NCBI GenBank assembly: GCA_016179875.1
Contig: JACPCH010000031.1
Location: 1 to 44,122 of the forward strand
DNA length: 44,122 nucleotides
Direction: 5' to 3'
From: Candidatus Rokuibacteriota bacterium
GTDB lineage: Bacteria > Methylomirabilota > Methylomirabilia > Rokubacteriales > CSP1-6
Of the stretch, positions 1-9,581 are shown one piece after another. The number at the start of each line of letters is the position of its first letter. Within the stretch, counting starts at the first letter, position 1. The notes beneath the pieces were generated by a model, which was given only the letters and a program-made list of their open reading frames with translations, was not told where the DNA came from and searched no databases. The translations under genes were made by a program, and so were the position numbers.

Positions 1-1
1 C

Positions 2-532
2 GAGGGCATCCCCGAGCTCGCGCGGCAGGCCACCGCGTTCGGCACCGGGCTGCGGTTCAGGCCCGTCGACCATCTCGGCAACGCGTCCGCGTCGACGGAG
101 GAGGCGGAGGCGGTCGCCGCGGAGGTCCGCAAGATGGTGGGCGGGTCGTGGACGGACCGCGAAGGCCGGACCCAGCCGCTTTGCCAGAAGGACTTCATGG
201 TCGTCGCGCCCTACAATGCGCAGGTGCGGCGGCTGCGAGAGGCCCTCCGGGTGGCCGGGCTCGCCGACGTGCCCGTTGGCACCGTGGACAAGTTCCAGGG
301 TCGCGAGGCGCCGGTGGTCTTCTACTCGATGGCGACCTCCAGCGCCGAGGACGTGCCGCGCACGCTGGAGTTCCTGTTCTCTCGCAATCGCCTGAACGTC
401 GCCGTGTCCCGCGCGATGTGCCTGGCCTTCGTCGTGGCGAGCGCACGGCTGCTGGAGTCCCGCGCCCGGACCATCGACCAGATGCGGCTGATCAACGCGC
501 TGTGTCGGTTTGTGGATCTCGCGGAGGGGTAG
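2..532 (+). CDS. C-terminal part of a superfamily 1 (UPF1/DNA2-like, AAA_12) helicase, probably a TM0106-type RecB-like nuclease-helicase; 5' end lies outside the window
   Basis: Frame is open from base 2 (EGIPELARQ...). Contains SF1 helicase C-terminal motifs VAPYNAQV, VGTVDKFQGREA and NRLNVAVSRA. Stop TAG at 532. Confidence 0.85.
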   Translation, partial: EGIPELARQATAFGTGLRFRPVDHLGNASASTEEAEAVAAEVRKMVGGSWTDREGRTQPLCQKDFMVVAPYNAQVRRLREALRVAGLADVPVGTVDKFQGREAPVVFYSMATSSAEDVPRTLEFLFSRNRLNVAVSRAMCLAFVVASARLLESRARTIDQMRLINALCRFVDLAEG

Positions 533-649
533 ATCGAGTCATGTGCGGCGCCATGTCGAGGTTATCCCTCTACGCCCCCTTCCACTCTGTGAAAGCCGTG
601 TGAACAGGGGCGACGGCCCGGCCGAGATAGCTGACCGGGAGGACCGGGA

Positions 650-1873
650 GTGAAGGACACCTCCGGGAATCCTCGCTGGGAGTTCGCGCGCCGCTTCCGC
701 CGCGGCGCTTTCGGCTGGAAGTCCGAGCCCGCGATCCAGCGCGTCAGACAGGCCGTGAGCGAGATCAAGAAGGTCGCCCGGCGCGACCCGGTTCTGGGCG
801 CCGAGGGGGCCGTGCTGTTTCTGGAGCGCGTGTCGCCCGCGCTCGAGCATGTGGACAGCTCGTCGGGCGCCATCGGTACCGTGGTGAACCACGCCATCGA
901 AGAGCTCGCGGCCGTCATCGCCAGGGCGCCGGTCGGTGGGACGGAGCGCGAGGGCTGGCTCGAGCGCCTCTGGGACGCCCACGCCAATGACGAGATCCCG
1001 TACATCGAGCGCCTCGGGGACTTCTGGGGCGACCTCTGCGCGTCGCCGGAGACCGCCTCGGCGTGGGCGGATCGGTTCATCCCCATCGTGGAGATGGCCT
1101 GGAGCCCGGACCCGGTGCGGCGCGGCTTCTTCCACGGCACGATGGCCTGCTTCAGTGCGCTCTTCCGGGCGGGGCGCCATGAGGAGATTGTCGCCCTCCT
1201 CGAGAAGGACCCGTTGCCCTGGTGGCCGTACCGGCAGTGGGGCGTGCGCGCCCTGGCGGCGCAGGGCCGTCCGGACGAGGCGATCCGCTACGCGGAGGCG
1301 TCACGCGGACGGAACGACAATCCCGTCGCCATCGCGGCCGCGTGCGAGGAGATCTTGCTCGCATCCGGTCGCGCCGAGGAGGCGTACCGGCGCCACGCGC
1401 TCCAGGCGACCCGGGGCACGTCGTATCTCGCGACCTACCGGGCCCTCGCCCGGAAGTATCCACGGAAGAGGCCCGAGGAGTTGCTCAGGGATCTCGTGGC
1501 GACCACGCCCGGCGACGAGGGAAAGTGGTTCGCCACGGCGAAGGAGGTGGGGCTCTTCGACGAGGCGATCCGGCTCGCGAATCAGACCCCGTGCGATCCG
1601 AAGACGCTGACGCGCGCCGCGCGGGACTTCGCCGCCGTGCGTCCCGAGTTCGCGGTCGAGGCGGGACTGACCGCGCTCCACTGGCTGGTCGAGGGCTACG
1701 GGTACGAGATCACGAGCGCCGACGTGTGGGCCGCCTACACGGAGACGATGAAGGCGGCGGAGACGGCGGGGCGCGCCGGGGACGCGCGGGATCGAATCAG
1801 GACGCTGGTCGCGAGCGAGACGTCCGGCGATCGTTTCGTCACCCGGACGCTCGGTCGGGCGCTGGGGCTCTGA
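650..1873 (+). CDS. Conserved hypothetical protein, 407 aa, predicted mostly alpha-helical (TPR/solenoid-like)
   Basis: GTG start after GGGAGG/GGGAG, GC3-rich codon usage, protein-like composition (WEFARRFRRGAFGWKS...FLERVSPALEHVDSSSGAIG). No catalytic motif recognised. Confidence 0.8.
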   Translation: MKDTSGNPRWEFARRFRRGAFGWKSEPAIQRVRQAVSEIKKVARRDPVLGAEGAVLFLERVSPALEHVDSSSGAIGTVVNHAIEELAAVIARAPVGGTEREGWLERLWDAHANDEIPYIERLGDFWGDLCASPETASAWADRFIPIVEMAWSPDPVRRGFFHGTMACFSALFRAGRHEEIVALLEKDPLPWWPYRQWGVRALAAQGRPDEAIRYAEASRGRNDNPVAIAAACEEILLASGRAEEAYRRHALQATRGTSYLATYRALARKYPRKRPEELLRDLVATTPGDEGKWFATAKEVGLFDEAIRLANQTPCDPKTLTRAARDFAAVRPEFAVEAGLTALHWLVEGYGYEITSADVWAAYTETMKAAETAGRAGDARDRIRTLVASETSGDRFVTRTLGRALGL

Positions 1874-2342
1874 TTTTAGCCAAGAGGCCGCTTGCAGGCG
1901 CCTGGGCCCGGCGAGAGTTTGCAGATATGCTTTTTGCCCTTGTCCCCCTTCCGGGCCGTTCAGGACCGACGAATTCTTCCTCCGTCACCCGGTCTTCGCG
2001 CTCGAGACCTTTCGCCGCGCTGGCGAACAGCACGGGCTGACGAGAACGGCCCTGGCCGAGCGCGTCAAGTACGGACTCGAACGCGGACGGCTCAAACTCC
2101 TGGCGAGAGGCCTGTATGCCGTCGTTCCGACCGGCGTGCAGGCCGATCGCTTCACGCCCGACCGGTCCTGCGACCCTGCTGCGGTCGCGACGAATGTGGA
2201 CGTGACCGCAAGAAACAGGCGCCGGGAGCGACCGAACCAGGCCATCGGCGCTCGTGTACAGGAATACTGGCGGCTGAGTCCGGAGGTACTGTACACCCGA
2301 ACGACATACTGCTTCGAAGACCACATGGACAGCGTCGAGCTG

Positions 2343-2800
2343 CTACCGCGCCCAGCTGAGATCCGGGCGCCGACGATGCCAGTCCGTCGCTTGCTCGTAC
2401 GCCCGTGCGACTCGGAGTGCCATGGCCTCGTCGAGCGGCTTGGCGTAGATCATGAGACCGATCGGCAGCCCCTCGCGGGTGAAGCCGCAGGGCAGCACGA
2501 CCGCGCAGAGCGCCAGGATGTTGCCGACCGCCGTGTTGCGCAGGTAGCGGACGTTCGCGTCGCTGTAGCTCTCGACGCTCGCGTCGATCGAGGCGAGCGG
2601 GCGGGCCGGGATCATCGTCGCGGGCACCAGGAGAGCGTCGACGTCGGCGAGCGTGCGGTGCACGCGTTCGCGCAGGGCGGCCCATTGCCGGAGGACCACG
2701 AAGTAGTCCGTCGCGGACAGGCCTCGCCCCGTCTTCATCCGGTGCGCCACCGCGGGATCGAGGGCGTCGAACTGCTCGTCGATCAACCGGCCGTTCACGG
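2343..2800 (-). pseudogene. C-terminal fragment of an amidase-signature (GatA-like) amidase
   Basis: DVDALLVPAT...RNTAVGNILALCAVVLPCGFTREGLPIGLMIYAKPLDEAMALRVARAYEQATDWHRRRP is a typical amidase C-terminus. The N-terminal catalytic GGSSGG region is missing and replaced by MFS sequence. Confidence 0.8.
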
Positions 2801-3118
2801 CCAGCTCCGGATGCTTCCGACGTGCCGTCTCCCGAAGTAGTTCGGCCAGATGACGGCCTGCAGCGTGGCACCGAAGCCACTCGTGAAGCCGAGGAAGCCG
2901 CCATAGGCGAACGCCTGCCACGGCTGGGCGATGCTGGTCGCCCACAGCATGGCCCCGGTCAGGCACGCCTGCGCGACGACCAGCAGATAGCGCCCGGCGA
3001 TCCGGTCGACCAGGACCCCGGCGAGGAACGTCCCAACCAGGGAGGACGGCGCGATGACCGTGAAAACCGTGGCCGCCGCGGCGGAGTCGATACCCAGACT
3101 GTTCATGAAGGACACGTG
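2801..3118 (-). pseudogene. Internal fragment of an MFS transporter
   Basis: Hydrophobic helices with an MFS loop motif (GVLVDRIAGR) and IWPNYFGRRHVGSIR. Only about 105 aa, truncated at both ends. Confidence 0.75.
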
Positions 3119-3265
3119 CGCCTTGCTCTCGACGTGGTGGAAGCAGGTTTCAAGGTTCTCGCCATGAAGTACTATCCCGACAAGGGGGGATCGCGCGAAA
3201 CCATGGTGGTCCTCCTCCAGGTTCGGGCGGACCTCAGCAAGATCATCGACGAATTTTATGAGTGA
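3116..3265 (+). pseudogene. Short J-domain-like fragment (49 aa) with HPD changed to YPD
   Basis: VVEAGFKVLAMKYYPDKGGSRETMVVL resembles the J-domain helix II-loop-helix III pattern (AYRxLAxKxHPDKGG...M). Confidence 0.5.
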
Positions 3266-3502
3266 CGCATGCCCGTGATGTTCAGTAACTCAGTAGAAAC
3301 TCGAACGCCAGCGATCGCTTCCACAATCCAAAGCGGGCCCCCAGCAACCACAAGCGGTACATGGTCTATCGGCTGCCCCGTTAGCGCACAATGAAGTCGA
3401 GCACTTTCCTCTTCCTTCTGCCCGCGGGGTTCATCGCGACCGGGCGTGGACGCGGAAGGCATCCTGTCGGGCGATGGTGTAGGAGGCTGAGCCGTGGACG
3501 CC

Positions 3503-3534
3503 GGTGGACGCGGGATGCCGCCTGGTGCCGCTTG
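3503..3534 (+). repeat. Direct repeat copy A (att-arm-like, 10-bp periodic sub-repeats)
   Basis: GGTGGACGCGGGATGCCGCCTGGTGCCGCTTG matches 43307-43338 at 30/32 bases, with weaker similarity for about 50 bp downstream. Confidence 0.85.
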
Positions 3535-3613
3535 CGGCAGGGAGGGAGCCGGTAAATCACTGCCACTTAGAGGGTCGGGGACATGGGGACGCGAAGGACG
3601 CATCGAGCGGTCT

Positions 3614-3633
3614 CCCTTCAAGGCCGCAGCGCG
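3614..3633 (+). other. Degenerate fragment resembling a tRNA-Glu anticodon loop and 3' stem (possible relic att core)
   Basis: CCCTTCAAGGCCGCAGCGCG resembles the tRNA-Glu(TTC) segment CCCTTTCAAGGCCGtAGCGCG. One T is missing and no T-arm follows. Confidence 0.3.
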
Positions 3634-3824
3634 TCGACGAGCTCACCACGTCGTGTCAGATAATCCTGTGTGGCAGTCGGCATGTGGCGCCCGCTGCCGT
3701 GTTGGCTTTCAGGCCTAAAAGTCTTCCAATGGGGTCATGGCGGCCGAGGAGAGAGCTCGATCTCGCGGCCGCCTTGGGCGCAGAAGCGTGCGACTCGATC
3801 TTGAGCAACGGAGTCCCAGGAGAA

Positions 3825-3977
3825 GCGGGCATGCCGCTTCCCTCGGTGATGACGACGACGCCGGGGAGGTAGCCGTCGCGTCGCGCACAGGTCGATCACC
3901 GTGGCGTCCAGACTCACCAGCTTGTTCTTGAGCCGGAGCTTCTTGCGGCCCTTGGCCAGCGCCTGACAGCGCCGCCC
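3825..3977 (-). mobile_element. IS4-family DDE transposase remnant
   Basis: Minus strand reads RCQALAKGRKKLRLKNKLVSLDATVIDLCAT, then after an internal deletion DGYLPGVVVITEG/(frameshift)KRH. This matches the IS4-family region around the first catalytic Asp (FKNKLxSLDxTxIDLC...DHDGYLP...ITEGKxHD). Confidence 0.75.
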
Positions 3978-4060
3978 GCCTCATCGTGGACGACGCGCCG
4001 GACATCTTCGTCGGCAAGCTCGTCGACGTCGCAGTGATGGCCCGGCGCGCGTCAGGGGAC
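3977..4060 (+). pseudogene. Possible C-terminal scrap of a family 5 ABC peptide-binding protein
   Basis: RLIVDDAPDIFVGKLVDVAVMARRASG resembles the Q(x)xxxDDAPxIFL motif near the end of DppA/OppA proteins. Very short. Confidence 0.3.
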
Positions 4061-4145
4061 GCCGCCGGAAGAGACGTGGATCTTGACGGCTCGAGATGTG
4101 AGGGTAAGGGCCTCGAGGAGGCCGCGGCGTCGCCACGCTCGCCGG

Positions 4146-4177
4146 TTGACAAATGTTATATTGTTATGGTTACTTAT
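4146..4177 (+). promoter_or_regulatory. Sigma70-type promoter and probable GntR operator for the catabolic cluster
   Basis: Sharp AT-rich island in GC-rich DNA. Perfect TTGACA at 4146-4151, extended -10-like TGtTATGGT at 4162-4170 (spacing to TTGACA is non-canonical), tandem TGTTAT at 4154 and 4162, ACAA-N8-TTGT inverted repeat at 4149-4164. Confidence 0.65.
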
Positions 4178-4184
4178 CGGCCGA

Positions 4185-5012
4185 TTGAAAAATCGGCGGC
4201 CCGTCCGGAGCGCCCCTCTCGCGAAGATCGGCCGAGCCTCTCTCGATCGGCCGCTTCCGCCGCTCTACTACCGCGTCTCGCGCACCCTGGAGCAACGGAT
4301 CCGCGACCAGCACTCCAGGGTCGGCGACCGGCTGCCCTCCGAGGACGACCTCTGCCGCGAGTTCGGGGCGAGCCGCATCACGATTCGGCAGGCGGTGGGG
4401 CGGCTGGTGGAGCAGGGGCTCATCGTCCGCCGGCGGGGTAGCGGGTCGTTCGTGAGCGCGGTCAAGGAGCCCCGGGCGGCGACGCCGAGCAAGTTCACGG
4501 GCGCGCTCGAGGACCTCTTCGCCGAGGTCAAGGCGGTGCGCACCAAGTCCGCCGAGATCGTCGAGGAGGTCCCCCCCGCCGAGGTGCGCGTCCTCCTCGG
4601 CCTCGGGGTGCAGGAGACGGTGGCGGTGGTCCGCCGGGTCCGCACCTTCCGGGACCGCATCTTCTCGCTCTCGACGAACTACCTCCCCCGGAGCCTCGGC
4701 GCCCAGCTCAGCGAGAGCGAGCTTTACCAGTACCCGCTGCTGCAACTTCTGGAGGAGAAGCTCCACGTCACCTTCCGGTACGCCGACCAGACCGTGGAGG
4801 CGCGGCTCGCCGACGAGGACGTGGCGCGGGCCCTCGACGTCAACTTCGGGGACCCGGTGCTGTTCGTGGAGCGCCTGATGTTCGCGGAGGCGGCCCGCCC
4901 GGTCGAGGTCGTCCGGTCCTACTACCGGGCGGACGTCTACCGCTACCAGATCCGGCTGGTGCGCAACCGCAAGGCACCGTTCCACTGGCGCCTCCATGAC
5001 GACGTGAGATGA
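4185..5012 (+). CDS. GntR-family transcriptional regulator, HutC subfamily (wHTH + UTRA)
   Basis: PLYYRV...GDRLPSEDDLCREFGASRITIRQAVGRLVEQGLIVRRRGSGSFV is a GntR HTH. C-terminal UTRA region (ADQTVEARLAD...PVEVVRSYYRADVY). Start placed at TTG 4185, downstream of the promoter; the track start 4083 lies upstream of the promoter. Confidence 0.93.
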   Translation: MKNRRPVRSAPLAKIGRASLDRPLPPLYYRVSRTLEQRIRDQHSRVGDRLPSEDDLCREFGASRITIRQAVGRLVEQGLIVRRRGSGSFVSAVKEPRAATPSKFTGALEDLFAEVKAVRTKSAEIVEEVPPAEVRVLLGLGVQETVAVVRRVRTFRDRIFSLSTNYLPRSLGAQLSESELYQYPLLQLLEEKLHVTFRYADQTVEARLADEDVARALDVNFGDPVLFVERLMFAEAARPVEVVRSYYRADVYRYQIRLVRNRKAPFHWRLHDDVR

Positions 5013-5048
5013 CCAGGTCGTAACGATCGACCAACACCGGAGGACACG

Positions 5049-6191
5049 ATGAAGAGGCTGGCCGCGTTGCTCGTGCTTCCCCTCCTGGCGCTCCTCGGGG
5101 TCGCCGGATCCGCGCTCGCCCAGGAGACCTACAAGGTCGGCGCCGTGCTCTCGATCACGGGGCCGGCCTCCTACTTCGGCGAGGACGAGCGCAACACGCT
5201 GATGCTGCTGCAAGACCAGATCAACGCTCGGGGCGGCATCAACGGCAAGAAGCTCGAGGTCGTGATCTACGACGACGCCACCGACCCCACCAAGAGCGTC
5301 ACCGCGCTCAAGCGGTTGCACGAGGAGGACAAGGTGCTGGCCGTGATCGGTGCCAGCATCAGCGGCAACGCGCTCGCGCTCATCCCGTTCTCCGAGAAGG
5401 CGGGGGTGCCCCAGCTCGTCCCCGCCGCCAGCGGCAAAATCTCGAACCCCGTGAAGAAGTGGGTCTTCCAGTTCTGCAACACCGACGTGCAGTCCATCGC
5501 CCGCATCCTCGGCTTCCTCCAGGCCAAAGGCGTCAAGAAGATCGCCATGCTGAACGACTCCACCGGCTACGGCGTGAGCGGCAAGGAAGAGCTGGACCGT
5601 CAGGCACCGGGCAAGGGCTTCGAGGTCGTCGCCGCCGAGACGTTCGGGCCCAACGACACCGACATGACGCCCCAGCTCACCCGCATCAAGGCGGCGGGGG
5701 CGCGGGCGGTGATCGTCTGGAACGCGACGCCGGCCAGCGCCATCGTCGCGAAGAACTTCAAGCAGATCGGCCTCGACGCGCTCCAGATCCAGAGCACGGC
5801 CTTCGTGAGCCCCCGGCTCCTGAGCCTGGCCGGCGCCGCCGCCGACGGCATCATCCTCACCGGCTACAAGCTCCCGATCGTCGACCAGGTGCCGGCGAGC
5901 GACCCCCAGCGGAAGATCATCGTCGAGTACCGCGACGCGTACCTGAAGCGCTTCGGGAAGGAGCCGAACCCGTTCGGCGCCCTCGTCCACGACGCGTTCA
6001 CGGCGCTGGTCAAGGTGCTGGAGACGGCCGGCGTCGACCGCGAGAAGATCCGCCAGGGCCTCGAGAGCCTCAAGGGGTTCATGGGCGCCAACGGCACCTA
6101 CACCACCTCCGCCACCGATCACAACGGGTACGCGGTGGAGAGCCTCCAGATGCTGGTGGTGGAGACGGGGAAGTTCAAGCCCGTCCACTGA
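5049..6191 (+). CDS. ABC transporter substrate-binding protein, LivJ/LivK (HAAT) type
   Basis: Signal peptide ending ALA-Q; KVGAVLSITGPAS...INARGGINGKKLEVVIYDD; RBS GGAGG. Confidence 0.93.
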   Translation: MKRLAALLVLPLLALLGVAGSALAQETYKVGAVLSITGPASYFGEDERNTLMLLQDQINARGGINGKKLEVVIYDDATDPTKSVTALKRLHEEDKVLAVIGASISGNALALIPFSEKAGVPQLVPAASGKISNPVKKWVFQFCNTDVQSIARILGFLQAKGVKKIAMLNDSTGYGVSGKEELDRQAPGKGFEVVAAETFGPNDTDMTPQLTRIKAAGARAVIVWNATPASAIVAKNFKQIGLDALQIQSTAFVSPRLLSLAGAAADGIILTGYKLPIVDQVPASDPQRKIIVEYRDAYLKRFGKEPNPFGALVHDAFTALVKVLETAGVDREKIRQGLESLKGFMGANGTYTTSATDHNGYAVESLQMLVVETGKFKPVH

Positions 6192-6197
6192 CCGCGG

Positions 6198-7079
6198 ATG
6201 ACCTTCACGGATCAGCTGCTCCAGTTCGTGCTCTCTGGCGTGATGGTCGGCAGCATCTACGCCCTCATCGCGCTCGGGTTCACGATGGTCTTCAACGCCA
6301 CCGAGGCGATCAACTTTGCCCAGGGCGAGTTCGTCATGCTGGGGGGAATGAGCGCGGTCGCCTTCTACGGGGCGAGGGTGCCGCTCCCCCTCGCCTGCCT
6401 CCTGGCCGTCCTCCTCGTGACCGCGGTCGGGCTCCTCTTCGAGCGCTTCACGCTCGCCCCGCTCAAGCGCGTCTCGGTCATGAACCTGATCATCATCACC
6501 ATCGGCGGCTCGATCTTCCTCAAGGGCTCGGCCATGCTGACGTGGGGGAAGGACGCGGCCAGCCTGCCCTCCTTCTCCGGCGACACCCCCATCCGCGTCC
6601 TCGGCGCCACACTCCTGCCCCAGGCGATCTGGATCCTGGGCACGAGCCTGGTCGTCGTCGCCGCCGTCCGCCTCTTCTTCGACCATGCCGCCGTCGGCAA
6701 GGCCATGCGGGCCGTCGCCGCCAACCGCTTCGCGGCGACCCTGATGGGGATCGACGTCAAGCTCATGGTGGCCTGCTCGTTCGCGCTCAGCGCGGCGGTG
6801 GGTGCCGTCGCCGGCATCATCATCACGCCGGTGGCGCTCACCGCCTTCGACCGGGGCACCATCCTGGGGCTCAAGGGCTTCAGCGCCGCCATCCTGGGCG
6901 GGATCGGGAGCGGCCCCGGCGCGGTGCTCGGCGGGCTGCTCCTTGGCGTGCTGGAGGCCATGGGCGCTGGCTTCGTCTCCTCCGGCTACAAGGACGCGAT
7001 CGCGTTCCTCCTCCTCATCCTCATGCTGCTGGTCCGCCCCCAGGGGCTCTGCGGGGCGCGGGGAAGCCGCAAGGCCTGA
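6198..7079 (+). CDS. livH: HAAT ABC transporter permease (LivH-like)
   Basis: GSIYALIALGFTMVF...INFAQGE; GKAMRAVA; LKGFSAAILGG. Confidence 0.93.
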   Translation: MTFTDQLLQFVLSGVMVGSIYALIALGFTMVFNATEAINFAQGEFVMLGGMSAVAFYGARVPLPLACLLAVLLVTAVGLLFERFTLAPLKRVSVMNLIIITIGGSIFLKGSAMLTWGKDAASLPSFSGDTPIRVLGATLLPQAIWILGTSLVVVAAVRLFFDHAAVGKAMRAVAANRFAATLMGIDVKLMVACSFALSAAVGAVAGIIITPVALTAFDRGTILGLKGFSAAILGGIGSGPGAVLGGLLLGVLEAMGAGFVSSGYKDAIAFLLLILMLLVRPQGLCGARGSRKA

Positions 7080-7080
7080 G

Positions 7081-8079
7081 ATGTCGGTGCCGGCCCCGGA
7101 CCCCACGCGGCTCCCGCACCGGGCGGCACTCGCCGTGTTCCTCTTCCTGATCGCGCTGCTGCCGCTTGCCGTTCCCAGCCGCTACTACCTGAACGTCATG
7201 ATCTTCGCCGGCATCCACGTGCTCCTCACCGTGGGCCTGAACCTCGTCATGGGCTACGCGGGGCAGGTCTCGCTCGGCCACGCCGGCTTCTACGGCCTCG
7301 GGGCGTACGCCTCCGGCGTGCTCACGGTGAAGTACGGCGTGAACCCCTGGGTGGCCATGGCCGCCGCGCTCGGCCTGAGCCTCCTCGTCGGCCTCGCCAT
7401 CGGCATCCCGTCACTCCACCTCCAGGGCTACTACCTGGGCATGGCGACGCTCGGCTTCGGCATCATCCTCCACATCCTGTTCGTGGAGCTCCTGCCGTTC
7501 ACGGGCGGGCCCTCGGGCCTCGTCGGCATCCCCGAGATCTCCCTGCTCGGCGTCAAGCTCAACACCGACACGCGCTACTACTACCTGGTCTGGGTCGTGG
7601 TCGGTGCCGTTCTCCTCTTCGCCTTCCACCTGGTGGACTCGCGCGTGGGCCGGGCGCTCCGGGCCATCCAGGGCGACGAGACGGCGGCGGCTCTGATGGG
7701 GATCAACACCTGGCTCGCCAAGGTCCGCATCTTCGTCACCGCGGCTGCCTTCGCCTCCGTGGCCGGCAGCCTCTACGCCCACTACGTGACGTTCCTGAGC
7801 CCCGACAGCTTCGGGTTCGGGTTTTCGATCGACCTGATCGTCATGGTGATCGTGGGCGGCACTCGGAGCATCTGGGGCAGCGTGCTCGGCGCCGTGCTCC
7901 TCACGATCCTGCCCGAGTATCTCCGGGGGCTGAAGGACTACGACATTCTCGTGTACGGCGCGGTGGTGATCCTGGTCGTCATGTTCGTCCCGTCCGGGAT
8001 CGCGGGGGCCATCGAGCAGCGCCTCCAGCGCTGGCGTCTCAAGCTGGCGACCCGGGCGCGGGTGGCGGCGGACGCATGA
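7081..8079 (+). CDS. livM: HAAT ABC transporter permease (LivM-like)
   Basis: GLNLVMGYAGQVSLGHAGFYGLGAY; SRVGRALRAIQGDETAA; ATG at 7081. Confidence 0.93.
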   Translation: MSVPAPDPTRLPHRAALAVFLFLIALLPLAVPSRYYLNVMIFAGIHVLLTVGLNLVMGYAGQVSLGHAGFYGLGAYASGVLTVKYGVNPWVAMAAALGLSLLVGLAIGIPSLHLQGYYLGMATLGFGIILHILFVELLPFTGGPSGLVGIPEISLLGVKLNTDTRYYYLVWVVVGAVLLFAFHLVDSRVGRALRAIQGDETAAALMGINTWLAKVRIFVTAAAFASVAGSLYAHYVTFLSPDSFGFGFSIDLIVMVIVGGTRSIWGSVLGAVLLTILPEYLRGLKDYDILVYGAVVILVVMFVPSGIAGAIEQRLQRWRLKLATRARVAADA

Positions 8080-8856
8080 AGGCGGGCGGGGGCGGAGCCT
8101 TGCTGGAGGCGCGCGGGCTGGAGAAGTCGTTCGGCGGCCTCCGCGCCGTGAACGGCGTCAGCCTCACGGTCGCGCCGGGGACGATCAAGGCCATCATCGG
8201 CCCGAACGGGGCCGGAAAGACCACGCTCCTGAACCTGATCACGCGGCTCGACGCGCCGAGCGCGGGCGAGATCTGGTTCGACGGTGTCCGCATCGACCGC
8301 CTGCCGCCCCATCGCATCGTCCAGCTCGGCGTCGCTCGCACCTTCCAGAACCTGCGGCTCTTCGGCGACATGAGCGTGCTGGAGAACGTGATGGTCGGGC
8401 GGCACGTCAGGACGCGGACGGAGATGGCGGGCGCGGTGTTGCGGCCGGCGGCGGCCCGCGCGGAGGAGCGCGCGATCTTCGCCGACGCCCTGCGGCTCCT
8501 CCACGACGTGGGGCTCGCCGAGCAGGCCCACGAGGCCGCCGCCAGCCTGCCCTTCGGCAAGCAGCGGCTCCTCGAGATCGCGCGCGCGCTCGCCTCGGAG
8601 CCGCGGCTGCTCCTCCTCGACGAGCCGGCGGCGGGGCTCAACGTCCGGGAGGCGGCGGAGCTCGGGGAGTTCATCCGGCGCATCCGGCTGGCGGGGATCA
8701 CCATCATCCTGGTCGAGCACCACATGGAGCTGGTCATGGAGATCTCCGACGAGATCCTCGTGCTCAACTTCGGCGAGAAGCTGGCCGAGGGGCCCGGCGA
8801 GGAGATCCGCACGCGGCCCGAGGTCATCCAGGCCTATCTCGGCGACGAGGCGGCGA

Positions 8857-8879
<23 letters not shown>
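8076..8879 (+). CDS. livG: HAAT ABC transporter ATPase (LivG-like)
   Basis: Walker A GPNGAGKTT, ARTFQN, LLLLDEPAAG, VEHHM. Confidence 0.95.
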
Positions 8880-9564
<685 letters not shown>

Positions 9565-9581
9565 GGAGGCGAGGAGGACGG

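Noticed and set aside
573-612. Imperfect hairpin with a GAAA loop between the helicase and the hypothetical gene
   Set aside because: Several bulges, no U-tract and no match to an RNA family I recognise. Plausible by chance at this GC content.
1874-2342. Overlapping ORFs in the spacer, including a VQEYWRLSPE segment like Uma2 nucleases and a TGTACACCCGAACGACAT string like an IS481 end
   Set aside because: Matches are too short and lack supporting motifs or a partner end. Left unannotated.
3446-3601. CRISPR array or iterons from the GGACGC repeats
   Set aside because: Units are 6-10 bp with irregular spacing, there are no unique spacers, and no cas or rep gene is present.
3600-3660. Intact tRNA gene
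   Set aside because: No D-arm, no GTTCGA T-loop and no acceptor stem. At most a degenerate fragment.
4170-7106. 978-aa minus-strand ORF, and similar long ORFs at 18323-20575, 24520-26565, 34523-37564 and 39065-41809
   Set aside because: Antisense shadows of well-supported plus-strand genes, expected from high-GC codon bias. No recognisable motifs.
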